This document shows, piece by piece, positions 43,008 through 56,071 of a DNA stretch of 64,000 nt (the stretch's first letter is position 1; the number at the start of each line of letters is the position of its first letter). A program made the position numbers and the translations under genes. The notes under the pieces are model-generated. The model did not search any database. It saw nothing but the letters and a program-made list of their open reading frames with translations, and was not told where the DNA came from. Source of the stretch: Camelus dromedarius (taxonomy: Eukaryota). Location of the stretch: contig NC_087436.1 in the NCBI RefSeq assembly GCF_036321535.1, forward strand, positions 38,008,001 to 38,072,000, read 5' to 3'.

Positions 43008-44612
43008 TGTAAAAAGGAATGAAGATCCCACAGGGTCTTCTTGACACTTTCATATAAGAGGTAAGACCATAAAGCTTGAAAAGTCACTGCTGGGTTCTCC
43101 AGACCTCAGCCTAGCAAAGCTCAAGGCCGACTACTGGTACTCACTGCCAGCTAGGTGAGGACGCCATCTAGGGTGTTCTGCCCAGGTAAACTTTCAGATG
43201 GCTGCATTCCCGGGCAACATCTCACTGCCACTGTGTGTTCTTAGGATGAAATGAGTTAACACAAGTGAAGTGCTTTGAATGATACACGACTTTTAAGGCC
43301 AGTTCGTAAAAGATGACACAACTGCTACCTGGTTCTCTTTGGACTCTCTCTCCTGCCATACTGTGACAAAACCCAAATCAGTCCACATGGAGAGGTCGTG
43401 TGTGGATGTTCGACTCACAGTCCAACTGGAGCCCCAGTTGACAGTCAGCATTAACCACATGACATGGGAGTGAAGACACTTCCACATGAATCTAGCCATC
43501 AAGTCACACCCAACCTTTACATCTTCCCAGCTGAGCCCCAGATATCATGATGCAGAGACAAGCCAGCCTCAATGTGTTCGTCTAAATTGCTGCCCCAAAG
43601 AATCCATGAGCTACTAAATTTGGAGGGGTTTTGCTTGTTTGTTTGCTTTTTATTTTATTTTTTTCACAATACACTGGTTACTACTATATGGAAAACAAGC
43701 TCAGGAAATTAAACCAAAGCATTTTTTCCCAATCAACTCTTTCCCAACCCACGTAAGAGAATAATTAAAAACAATAGGGAAATAAAATAAGATGTTGCTG
43801 GATATCTGTATAAATAAAATACTCATTTATTTTGCCATTGAATGTTATAATATTCAAAGTATACAGCATTAAATATCGAATATTGTAAAAATTGTAAGTG
43901 TACATAATGACTTTGCAGTAAATACTTTGTGGTCTCTATTAGTATGCAAGACCAATTATGTCAACTAGATTTATGGCGTCAGTCTGAACACCATAGGAAC
44001 ATAGAACTTATTTGTTTCCCTTTCTCTGTTATGTTTCACACAGACTAGAGTCACATTTATCTCAAATAGAAGTTGCACTACTTGTTCACATCACTGTTGA
44101 AATTTTTAAAAATTAAGAAAGGTTAGGTAGAGGTAGAGCAGTGTCAATGTTACATTTTCCCCTCCTCTTTAGAAACGCAAGCTCTAAAACTTGTTTCCCT
44201 TAATATTAGTTTGAAAAGATACATTACCAGGTTTCCTTTTGAACTTGGGGAGGGGAAACAAAAAACCTAATGGTCTATTCTTGATGGTTTCTTCTTTTGG
44301 ATTGCTCAGACCACTTCTAAAAAATCTCCAAATAGTGTCACGAAATCACTTTCTTGGTAGCATATATTAACGTTATTGATATCAATAGCATTAATATATC
44401 AAAAATATTATATAATAGATAAGAGCATTTGTAGCAGAGATTAGCTTCTCCCAGACTTAGGAAAAACACCACGGCAATAACACAAATACACACTGACACA
44501 AATGGTGTTGGGATTACATCATACAGCGCACCTAGATGCACTTGTAAAGTGTATGCTAAGGCTGTCATTATTATTCTTGTGATATAATCATTCTAGATGT
44601 ATGCAAGATTAT

Positions 44613-44626
44613 GTGCCCCCTAGTGT
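44613..44626 (-). promoter_or_regulatory. Candidate CTCF core motif (ACACTAGGGGGCAC on - strand)
   Basis: 13/14 match to CCACTAGGGGGCAC; motif only, no binding evidence. Confidence 0.35.
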
Positions 44627-45230
44627 TAATCAGGATAATCAAATCTCATTTGTCTTGGGTAATGCCTTTGTGTACTTAAAATCCACACTGGGTGTAGGTA
44701 CAAGAGTAATATAGAAAATTCAAGTCAGAAAATCAGTAAAAAAATATAGTATTAGTCAGCAAAGAAATCAAGTATTGTCATAACATTTTATAAATATATA
44801 AATATTTTACTTTGTCATCACTCCCTAAGCCACAATAACATATTATACTTTTTCAGTATTTCAAACAAATTTTAAACAAATTCACTCTTATCAGTGATGA
44901 AAAGAGAGGGGACAGGGGCTTTAGAATCTTCACAAAAGAAACACCAACCGATGTCCTCATTGCCAGAAATGCAGGTACCAGGAGATCACCAACACTAGTG
45001 GCAAACAGTGGAAAACGTCTGGATGTTTTGGATATAGTCTTTCTCTTGGCTAAATATAATGCTTCTTGTTAGAGAATGAAAGGAAAGTGTATTTTCAAGA
45101 AATAATATGCTGAAGTGGCTACCTAATAATAGTAAGCTGGCTTTCCAATTAAGACAATGTCTTTAATTAGCAAATAAATAACAGATTAATTACGTACACA
45201 CCAATGCACATATTTTTTAACTTACACTAT

Positions 45231-45594
45231 TGTTTTAGTCAGCTTGGGCTGCCATAATGAAATACCATGGACTGGGTGGATTGAAAAACAAACATCTATT
45301 TCTCACAGTACTGGATGCTGGAAGTCTGAGGTCAGGGTGTCTGCATGGTAGGTCCTGGTGAGAACTCTCTCGCAAATAGCCACCTTTATGCTGTGTCCTC
45401 ACATGGTGGAGAGAGTGAGAGCCCTGGTCTCTGTTTCTTCTTATAAAGACACTGACGCCATCAGGGGGTCCCCACCCCCACGACCTCATATAAATCTGAT
45501 TACCCCCCAATGACCCCACCTCCAAATACTACCACACAGGGTTAAGGCTGCAACATATGAATTTTGGGAGAACACAAACACTCAGCCCCTACCA
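45231..45594 (-). mobile_element. MLT1A-type solo LTR
   Basis: tgttttagtcagcttgggctgccataatgaaatacca...caacatatgaattttggg; flanks actat / actct. Confidence 0.85.
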
Positions 45595-47655
45595 ACTCTA
45601 TAGTATCTTTTAAAAAATGAATTAACAATTGATCCTTCCATGACTCCATCTATTTTAATTTACAAACCCAGTATCTAATTTGGGCTAGGCATCAACCCAG
45701 AACTCTAGTGCTTCTGGTACAGAAAATAGAGAATGCAGAGCACTTTTTTCCCCACAGTATTAAAGCCATGATTAGGGATGGAAGGAAGCATGTTATGTCA
45801 TTTTTTGCTGTCTGGTTTTAAGTTATTTCTAAATACCAAAGGTTATGTAACCTTTTCTACAGTGGAGGTTAGCACTGTACTCTTACTGTTTTCAGAGACC
45901 ACAGAGGTGAGCCTAACTACCTAATTATTCACATGCTTTCTGTAGGTAAGACTTGAGCTGGCTGAAGGTAGAAACCTGCCGGCCTGGGACTGGGCTCTCT
46001 GCTGTCTGGCCCTCTATCCAGACCCCCACACACTCACACACAACCTCCATTTGTTCGCTTTGGGTCAGCGTATGACTCACCAGTCTTTACAGTCATGTTG
46101 CTGCTGAAGGAAATGGCAGAGTGGTTAGAAAAATCTATCAGAGTTTCCATGACTTCATTTAAAGGTTTGAGTGAATTTGCTGCCTGAAGGGATGGACCGG
46201 TGACCTGCAGACAGAGTGAGCTAATGGGGGTCTTCAGACACCGGCATTATCCTTCGATCACCTGGCCTTACGTGGTAAAGTTTCCCAAACACTGTCAAAA
46301 TATCACTCTCTTCACCCACTGGTCATTACAAGGGGGCCTCATCTGTGAACTTATTATCAACTGCTAATGAGGACCAGAGCTAAGCTGAAGAGCTGGACTC
46401 ATTTCTCTATGAGAGATGTACAGCTGTGTTGCGGTTGTTCCTTCACAGCCTTCTGTTCCCCAGAACTGACCCCTGGTAAGTTCCTCCAGTCTCATTGTGA
46501 GAGTGATACCCACTCCGACATCACGGCACGTATTTCATTTCACCCTTGTACTGTACACAGCTTATTTTTTAGGATTCTCTGTGTAATGTGGAATGCCCAT
46601 GTGAAGATATCACACAATCAGGGTAGTACTTCTTATATTTTAACGTGCCTACCTGTGACCTGGAGATCTTGGGGGGAAAATGCAGGTTCCAATTGAGTTT
46701 TTCTGGGTTGGGGCTGAAATTCTGCATTTTTAGTGAGTTCCCAGATGATGCTTATCCATGGCCTGCTTTTTAACTAGCATGCTTATATCCAGCATTCTTA
46801 ATTCATGGTGTTTCTAATTAAGTGACATTTACTATTGTCCATAACAGGCAGTAGCCGGCTAACTATGAAACCACATAAATAAAAAGCCCCTTTAAAAACT
46901 CCCATATCTTAATAAGATCCAGGTTATATACATCCCACCATGAGGATGAGCAAGGAAATCAGTCCTCAGCAGTCTTGACCCTTGCTCCCTGTCTAAAAGC
47001 CATAAGTGAAGAACATGAATTCTCCCAGACAGGCCAAGGTGTGTGTGTCCACATGTGTTAGGTGCTTTTGACCCAACAGCTGTCACTAAGCACATCCAGC
47101 GCTCAGGAAACAGAGGGGTAAGTGGTTGAATCGTCAACAAGGCTAAAAGTCAAGAGTAGACACAGAAATTGATGTAGAGTGACTTCTGCCACTGGAGCTT
47201 AGAGCGGCCGTGCAGTCCTCCTCTCTAATCAGAAGCAGCCTCCCTTCCAGCTGTACCGGATATTCTGTTTATTCACCTTGTACTTGAGTAGCAAGTGTCC
47301 TTTAGTGAAAACTTCACTTCCCAGCCTATCTTCAGGGATCTCCATTAGGCTGGTAACAGATTATCACCATCTGTTGGTGATTATTTCCATTACGGAGCTA
47401 CCTGGTCTAAGAGCTGTGTCCTCTCTCACCAGCAGAGCAGCACCTTGAGAGAAATAGGTCAGTCCCACGAGGAGCTGCGAGAAGTGCAGCTGGGTGCAGA
47501 TAATCAATGTGAACACAGCCCAAGGGCTCCCACTTCTATTCTACCTGTGAGTTTTGTTTTGTTTTGTTTTGTTTTACAAGATGGGCACTATAAAATTGTT
47601 TTTTTTTTCACATTTGTATTTTTTAAGAATCTGAAACAGATTCAAGAACAATAAC

Positions 47656-48676
47656 CACCTCTTCTTTTCCAATTTAGATCCCTTTTATTTCACTCTCTTG
47701 CCTGATTGCTGTGGCTAGGACTTCCAAGTCTATGTTGAATAGGAGTGGTGATAGTGGGCAGCCTTGTCTTGTCCCAGATTTTAGTGGGAAGCTTTTGAGT
47801 TTTCCACCGTTGAGTACTATGCTGGCTGTAGGTCTGTCATATATAGCTTTTATGATGTTGAGATATGTTCCCTCTATACCCACTTTGGTGAGAGTTTTTA
47901 TCATAAATGGGTGTTGAATTTTATCAAAAGCTTTTTCTGCATCTATTAAGATGATCATGTGGTTTTTGTCCTTTCTCTTGTTGATGTGATGTATTACATT
48001 GATTGACTTGCATATGTTGAACCACCCTTGCGTCCCTGGGATGAACCCCATTTGGTCATGATGTATAATCTTTTGTATGTGCTGTTGGATTCTATTTGCT
48101 AGTATTTTGGTAAGGATTTTTGCATCTATGTTCATCAGTGATACTGGTCTCTAACTCTCTTTTTTGGTGGTGTCTTTGCCTGGTTTTGGTATTAGGGTGA
48201 TGGTGGCTTCATAGAATGAGTTTGGGAGTATTCCCTCCTTTTCAGTCTTCTGGAAGAGTTGGAGAAGGACTGGAATGAGTTCTTCTTTGTATGTTTGGTA
48301 GAATTCCCTGGTGGAGCCGTCTGGTCCTGGACTTTTATTTGTAGGGAGGTTTTTTATTGCTAATTCAATTCGATTTCTAGTGATCGGTTTGTTCAAGTGG
48401 GCAGACCCATAGACATGGAATACAAACTTGTGGTTGCCAGCAGGATTGGGGGTGGGAAGGGACAGACTGGGATTTCAAAATGTAGAATAGATAGACAAGA
48501 TTGTACTGTATAGCACAGGGAAATATGTGCTGGGTCTTGTGGTGGCTCACAGTGAAGGAGAATGTGACAATGAATGTACGTATGTTCATGTGTGACTGGA
48601 AGATTGTGCTCTACACTGGAATCTGACACAGTATTGTGGAGTGACTATAACTTAATAAAAAAATGTTAAAAAATAA
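47656..48676 (+). mobile_element. 5'-inverted young L1: ORF2 RT segment antisense at 47656-48400, 3'UTR sense at 48401-48676
   Basis: Minus-strand peptides [38 protein letters not shown]; 12-bp TSD aagaacaataac at 47644 and 48677. Confidence 0.93.
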
Positions 48677-49933
48677 AAGAACAATAACAACAAAAAAACC
48701 CAATGCCATTATTTTTTTAAAAAATAACAACCACCTCATTTATTGTGTTTCCACTTTAATCCTATCAGATTTTTAAATGATATATTCATGGCTTCAGTAC
48801 ACTTGTAATTAGTGGAAATCCACAAAACAGAAATATAAACATCTTGTAAATATGAAACATGACTTCGTACACCAGCCAAAGCTGGTAAGGGTAATAACAT
48901 TTGGAAAGTGATTGCAGATTAAATAAGAAATATTCTATATAGCATCTAAAGAACTGCCCTGGAACCACTAAGTCATATTCATTCACCTAAATTCTAGTCA
49001 CTGTGGCCAGTGACATGCCTGTTCTAGGCATAGAAGATATTCTAGGCACGATGAAAAAGGGTGGAAATGTCTACCTTTGTGTAGCTTATGTTCTAATTGT
49101 GGGAGGCAGACAAGCTATCAAGTAAAATACGTACCATGTTGGTGATAAGTGCTGTGGAGAAAAATAAGTGATATGAGTTAAGAAGTGTTGCTGGGAAGGG
49201 AGTGCTGTTTATTTTAAATAAAGCTAATTATATTTCTAGACAGTTACCTGTACTCAAGTTGTATAGTTATTTAAGAAATATTGTCAAATGCCTCCTTTAG
49301 GATATAGAAACGATAATTTCAGATGATAGTGATAATATCCTGCTTTTTGGTTAAAGGATGGAAAGGAATAGAACTACTCATTCCCTAGAACAATGCGAAT
49401 GTGCACCAGCAGCATAAGCTACAGACAACGTGTTGTGGAGATGTCCAAGGTACTGAGCTCATGGTAATTTCCAGAGAAGGCCGCCTCCAGCTGCTCCTTG
49501 TCAGTCAGACAGAGAGACTGCCAAGTCACTGCCAAACTACATCCTCTCTCTAGAAACATGACCAAATTTTTTTTTTACAAACTTTATTTTTTAACTTACA
49601 ATCTTGAACAAAAAACTCTTATTGGGTAATCTTTTTTTCTTTAAACTTTGATCATTGAAAATGTGATAATGTATTATTCTCTAAAAGGTTCTACTTTCTG
49701 AAATTAAGGTTTAACTTAAAGTAGAAGACATTTAGTGTGAGATAAACCTAGGTTCAAATTCTGACTGTATCATTTATACATAGGTGACTTCGGCAGATGA
49801 CTTAATATAGCTGAAATTCTACACACCTCATAGGATGTGAAGATTTAATAAAGTAATATGTGTAAAGTACCTCTTGCTGCACTGGGGCCATAATAGTTGC
49901 TTTGAAATGTGAGATTTTTTTCTTCCTCTCTAC

Positions 49934-50466
49934 TGTTGAGACAATTCTCCATGGATCTCTCATATTTCTGCAGATCTTAGAAGCGCAGCCAATGACAGTC
50001 TTTTTTTTTTTTTTTTGGATTATCTTTTCAAGGATGATGGTATAATGCAGTCTTGGAAGTTATAGTATTTCCTTCCAGAGCGAATGGGAAGCATACTTAC
50101 TATCCAGTATAATAAAAGTAATGTCTCTTTCTGGAGAAAAGGCTGGGCAGGCTTGCTTTTAGCCTGTTATAAAATATTAGGTTTTCCTAAACTTGGGGTT
50201 CCTCTTCTGTAGCATGATCTACTGCATGTACCCTTGATGCAAGCATCTGGCCCTTGTTACATGGCTTTGTGGGACTGGAGGCTCAGGAAACTGGTGTTGA
50301 AGTGATGGTACTCTAGCTACCACGATTGTTGTGAATAATAAACTTTCCTTTGCGTTTGACTCAGGATTCTCATGTCTTCTGCCACATTCATGTAACTGTG
50401 GAAGGCTAATTGGCTGGCTTCCAACTAAGGTAATATCCCTTCACAGATCACTCACAGCTCTTGACG
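49934..50466 (+). mobile_element. ERV1-class solo LTR (MER89/MER90-like)
   Basis: tgttgagacaattctccatgg start, tataaaa and aataaa motifs, ...gctcttgac end; ctac near both ends. Confidence 0.7.
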
Positions 50467-52749
50467 CCTACACGTCTCGACCTCACAGGTTCTCTATGTC
50501 AGATACAGCGAAGTCTAGCTTCATAATTTAAGCTACTTCCTTATTTGATTTTCAAGCTTAACTGTTACCCTGGGAATCAGAGAATTTGAATGTTTCAGCT
50601 TTAAATATAAAAGCTAGAGTTCAGTTTTAAAATGGTATATCTCATGCAGGCTCTGGTTCTGTCTCTCCTAACTTCTCATTAAAATAAATATGAAGGCATA
50701 GGTAATGATCAAAATGCTCATCATAAACCCGAGAAGTAGTAATCCACCATTTGGCAGAATCTGAAAATGCTCATTAATAACACATTTATTGGAAGTAGAT
50801 TGCACAGGGTAACGTGTATCCCATAAGGAGCACATGCTTCCAGAAAACTGAGAATTTGACTTAAAGACTTTAGGAACCCTGTCATTCTCTCAATGTTTAC
50901 CTGCGGGCTCAGAAATACAAAGATTATACCAACTGGGAGAGTGAAAAGCATCCCTTGAATGTGTGCGTTCTGCTTTCTTGAGACAGTCGGAGTGCTTCTT
51001 CCTTCATTCGACGCACACTGGTCCACAGTCGTGTTTTTCTTCCTACATGCAACAAGACTCTGGACAGGAGGCTTGGGTGGGGGTCAGAGGTGGGGATGAG
51101 AATTGAGGCAGAGGGAGGACTGGTGGTAATGCTTTATGTGCTTAAAACAAAGCAGATCTAAGAAGAGGCCTTGTAAGATTTTAGACTAGGAATCTGATGT
51201 CATCGGATACTGGTCTTTTTACTGGCTGACAGTCAAGCAGAAGGGGAAGGAGCAGATTTTGATCAGGGCAGAAGAGCCACGGCAGTTGAAAAAATGGTAG
51301 ACATTACAGATCTAACTAGGAGCTGAGCACATTCACTTGCAGAAAGGAAATAGAGTGTTTCTCTGATCACTCAGAACAAACCCCTATCTCTGTAAACATT
51401 TCAATATGAGAACCAAGAGAAAATGTTACAAAACTATTTAGTACTCTTAATAGAATAAAAGAAGGTACTGGAGGAGAAAGCCATGCATGAAATCAGAGAA
51501 TGTAAATAGAAGCTTTATGAAGGCAAGGATCATTGATTCATTACTGTTGTTTTCATAATCTTGCTCAATCAATATTGCTGAATGATGAATAAGATAAAAA
51601 GGCAGATGGATGAAAGAAATCTTTCTCAAGAACTAAACGTAGAGATAACAGCAGTAAAATCATCAATAAGACAGAGAACTGAAATAGTTATTGACAGACA
51701 GTAAGAGACCTAAAAATAGGCAAATGAACAAAATTCTCTAAAGTATATATAAAAATGTTCTTAAAACACTTAAAATTACACCTACAGTAATTAAAATATG
51801 ATACAGACCCCTTAATTCTAGGAGAAGATAAACCAAAGATAATATGTTTGACATAAATAATTTTTTAAATAAGCGAGAACGTGGTTTGTTCTTTAAGAAA
51901 CAACCTGTCTAGTAAGAGACAAGTATAGAAAGCAATGCATACGACACAGTATGATCACTGCCACATGATACTGTCAGCTTAACACAGTAGCGAAATTGGT
52001 GTAGCACTCTCTGAGGAGGTGACGGGTAAACTGTCTTGAAGGATAAATAGGATTTCATGATGGGAAAATATTCCAAAGAAGGTATTGGCATTCCAAATAA
52101 ATTTCAAGGATATGGAATATTTAGGAAATAGTAAGTAGTTTAAGGGTAAATATGAAAAATGTAGGACTAGAGTCTAGAAGAACAAAGAAATAGCAAGTTT
52201 CTCTTCTTTTCAATATAAATATGTATGTATGTATATGTACATATATAACTTTTTTCTTTTGCAGATGTACAGGGAGTTAACCATTTTGCTTTCAGAGTAG
52301 GTAATGGCTTTTAACTTTCACTGTTGCCTTGAATCTGTATTCAAATATTTTGTTATTCTATTTGTTTATATTTTGTTTCCTCAAATAATTTAAATAGGAA
52401 AAAAATCATCAGCTGTGGAGTTGGGGAGACCTGGCATCCCATCCACCTGCAGCAGATGTTGACGTGATCAAGGCACTGTGCTTATGTAAAGCATGCTGTG
52501 TGACAGCCTGTGACTACGATGCTGTTAGAATCATTTGAGTTTTGGAAGGGATAGCCTTACTCTGTGACTTGGAAATTCTGATGTGAGTCTATGTAATATA
52601 GCATTGGGCCTGGCATAGAGAGAAGGGCCTGAATAAGTGTTAGTCCCGTAATTGTGTGTGTGTGTGTGTTCTCCATTGCCAACCACAGATCCCTTTTAGT
52701 AGTGGGATCTCTGGAAATATTTTTTTAGGTTAAATTAGTGCCAGTGGAA

Positions 52750-52995
52750 AAAGAGGCTTTACATGATGGTTAAGAACGCAGACTCAGGAATCAAAAGGCC
52801 TAGATTTGAATCTCAGCTCTGCCACTGATGAGTCATGTGACCAAGTGGCTTTATCTCTGTTTCCCCATCAGTACAATGGAGATAATAAATATTTACCTCA
52901 TAAGGTGGTAGTATATTAAAAGAGTTAATATATGTAAAGCACTTGGAAGAGAGCCAGGAACAGTCAAGCACTTAATAAATGCTAGCTAATATAAT
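52750..52995 (+). mobile_element. MIR SINE
   Basis: ggttaagaacgcagactcagga...tttgaatctcagctctgccact...taatatatgtaaagcactt. Similar MIR relics at ~13050, 33470, 37640, 40800, 49720 and 58385. Confidence 0.85.
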
Positions 52996-53191
52996 TATTG
53001 AAAAGCTAGGACATGCTATTGATGGTGGTTTCTCAGATGCATTTTATGTAAAGAAGAGACAAACATTTTGCTGCATGTGATTACCACAGAAGTGTGTCCT
53101 CCTCATTAATGATCAAAAAGTTCTATATTACCTTACTATGATTATATTTAAATTCAAATTTCTACAGCCACAACAGAATAAGATCTTCTAA

Positions 53192-53592
53192 AGCTGTGGT
53201 GTATATATATATACAATGAAATACTACTCAGCCATAGAAAAGAATAAAATAATGCCATTTGCAGCAACATGGATGAACCTGGAGATCGTCATACTAAGTG
53301 TGAAGTGAGCCCACAAGAGAAAGACAGACATCATATTTCACTTATATGTGGAATCTAAAAAAATGACACAAATGAACTTATTTAGAAAACAGAAACAGAC
53401 TCACAGACATAGAAAACAAACTTATGGTTACCAAGGGGCAAAAGGAGGGGTGGAGGGATAAATTAGGAGTTTAGAATTTGCAGATAGAAACTACTATATA
53501 TAAAATAAATAAACAACAAAGTCCTACTATATAGCATAGGGAATTATATTCAATACCCTGTAATAGCCTATAATGAAAAAGAATATGGAAAG

Positions 53593-53644
<52 letters not shown>

Positions 53645-53710
53645 CTGAATCACTATGCTGTACACCAGAAATTGACACATTGTAAACTGACTATACCTTA
53701 ATTAAAAAAA
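53192..53710 (+). mobile_element. 5'-truncated L1 (ORF2 end plus 3'UTR) with (TA)n at ~53595-53643
   Basis: aatgccatttgcagcaacatggatg...gtggaatctaaaaaa...; TSD agaataagatcttctaa (53175) / agaataagctcttctaa (53711), 16/17. Confidence 0.92.
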
Positions 53711-55914
53711 AGAATAAGCTCTTCTAAGTCCAATGGTAGCTCGAAAGTCATCTTAATTATAAATGCCATATCCCAAATTGAAGAGCTATTTATATTTGTT
53801 TCCTTACTTGAAAAATAGTCATAATAATATCTACTTCTATGTTTGATATTGATCTGATAGAATTAAATGTGACAATACACCCAAAATGATGATCTTATGC
53901 CTAACTTAATACTGTATTTGGTATTGTTATTATTGTCAATCATTTTCAAATGGTCTCCCAACTTATTTCCTTACAGATCTGCTTAACAGTTTTGAAAAAA
54001 TGTGAGAATATGGCTGTTGAATCTAAGCATAAAGACTTTTGGTTTCCTGCTGTAATCAAGCATAATGCCAATGAAATCAGGTACACTTCTTTTACTCTTT
54101 GACGAGGCCAGGCTATAAAATCCTTAAATATATTAATACCAGGAGGAAAATCTTTTTCAGAGTCTGACTTTCTGCTCCTAATATTTATTTCTTTTGAAAC
54201 AAGAGAAGATACAGGTCCTTGATTGAATTTGTTATTGTCTGATAGTTATGCAAAATAGTACTTTCATGTTTCTGTTTCTCACATTCAACTTGTTTTTTCC
54301 ACTTTTTGTGCTCAGTTGGAATTGTACTCAGTTGGATAAGAGATTAATTCTTAGTTTGATGACAGTTATAATTTCCAGGTGTAAAGCTTTTGCATCTTAT
54401 TACAAATTGGACTAATGACTGTTTTCTTCTCGTAGTCCCAATTTTAGTCTATTTTTCTTCTCAGGTTGTACTGTTTCCTCTGTATGGTAAGTATTTTACA
54501 CTCTGCCTGTAATTTTGGAATCCTTTTACTTAATACATCTAAAGTGTTTGACATCATTTGATTTTAACTATAGAAGACTGGCACAATGAAACTTACAATG
54601 ATTTTTTTCCATAAAAAATCTAGAATTATCACTTACAAGGTAGTACTATTGATAATTTGCGTAGGCATTGTTTTGCACTGAAGTTCTAAGTTTCCAAATT
54701 AGTTCTGCTATTAAAAAAAAAAGTAAAAGCTCTTTTAGAGCAAATTTGTCTATAGCATGACTGAAGCGTCTAATTCCAACTCAAGAAAAGCCTTAAGAAT
54801 TCTCATTAGGAATATTTTTCTTACGGGATACAATTTCTCAATGGTAGGACATATAAAAATAATAAGCTGAAACTTTCACTCAGGCTTATAACTCATGCAC
54901 AAAAATCTTGTTTAGGAAATCAAGAAAATATATTTCCTCACCCATTTTTGTAATTTAGCTTTATTTGAATAGTTAGAGGATAAGTTTAAAATAATCCCAT
55001 ATGGAATAAGACTAAATGTGGAAAAGTAGAATTTAAAATGTGCCCTTCTTTTTAAATAATAAATAAGTGATGGCCCTGTTATCATGAAGAACCCAGAAAT
55101 CATATATTTCAGCACATTTAATGGTGCAACGGGTGACTGCAGGCAAGGAGAGGTGACTGCTCCCAGGGCGAAGCTCCACTTGTACTTAGAGAAGGACTCT
55201 GCTGTGAAACGGCTGCTGGCAGGAGGGGAAAGAGGGCTTGGAAAGTCAAGAGCTCCTTTCAAACCGAGTCTTCTTGAAGAGAAGGGGTTTCAATACAATA
55301 ATAGTAGGTCAACCCTGCTCTTACAGACATTATTAAAACAATCTTAAACTTAAGAAAACTTTTATATAAGTGACTTTTAAACTTCCAAATTTTAAAATTC
55401 AACTAAATTTATTTATTTATTTTACATGGGATCCTGGCTAGTTTCCACTTCCTGAGGTTTTTTTTTATTCTGAGTTTATTTTTCAGACTAATTACCCTCA
55501 CCTACATAAACTTCCTTGTTTTCAGAATATTTAATTGGCTGGTCAAGTGTCTCTGCTCTCCAGATGACAGTTATCTATCATGCATTCTTCAAAGGGGTGC
55601 AGAATTCGGACCAGATGACATCTACTCAAGGGTATAGGAGGAACTGAAGCATTAAATTGTGGCAGTGCTCATCCACATGTGTAGCTCATCATTGCAAACA
55701 AGTCCTCAGCCAATAGAGTGGTGTTTTGTCACTGTGATCCATAATTGTTGGGAGGGTTCCAGAAATGGCATAAGGAATTATGCATAGAGCAGGTGGCAGG
55801 TGGGCACCCACAGTGGGTTAAATGAATGTATGACTTACTCTGGAAGCTGAATAAGTTACAGACTGGCATAATTTGGATATGTGGTAAATTCTTAGCAAAT
55901 AAAAAGATTACTTG

Positions 55915-56071
55915 GGGGAAGGGTATATCTTGGTGGTAGAGTGCATGCTTAGCATGCATGAGGTCCTGGGTTCAATCCCCAGTACCTCCATTAAATAAAT
56001 ACATAAATAAATAAAATAAATAAACCTAATTACCTCCTCCCACCAAAAAAGCAACAACAACAACAAAAAAG
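55915..56071 (+). mobile_element. vic-1-type SINE
   Basis: tRNA-Ala head; perfect 18-bp TSD aaataaaaagattacttg at 55897 and 56072. Confidence 0.93.

Noticed and set aside
47363..47381. Inverted repeat atcacca-N5-tggtgat
   Set aside because: Only a 7-bp stem; expected by chance in 64 kb.
47674..48396. Reverse-transcriptase ORFs as a novel RT system
   Set aside because: Standard L1 ORF2 motifs with stops, lacking the catalytic FADD region; a dead fragment.
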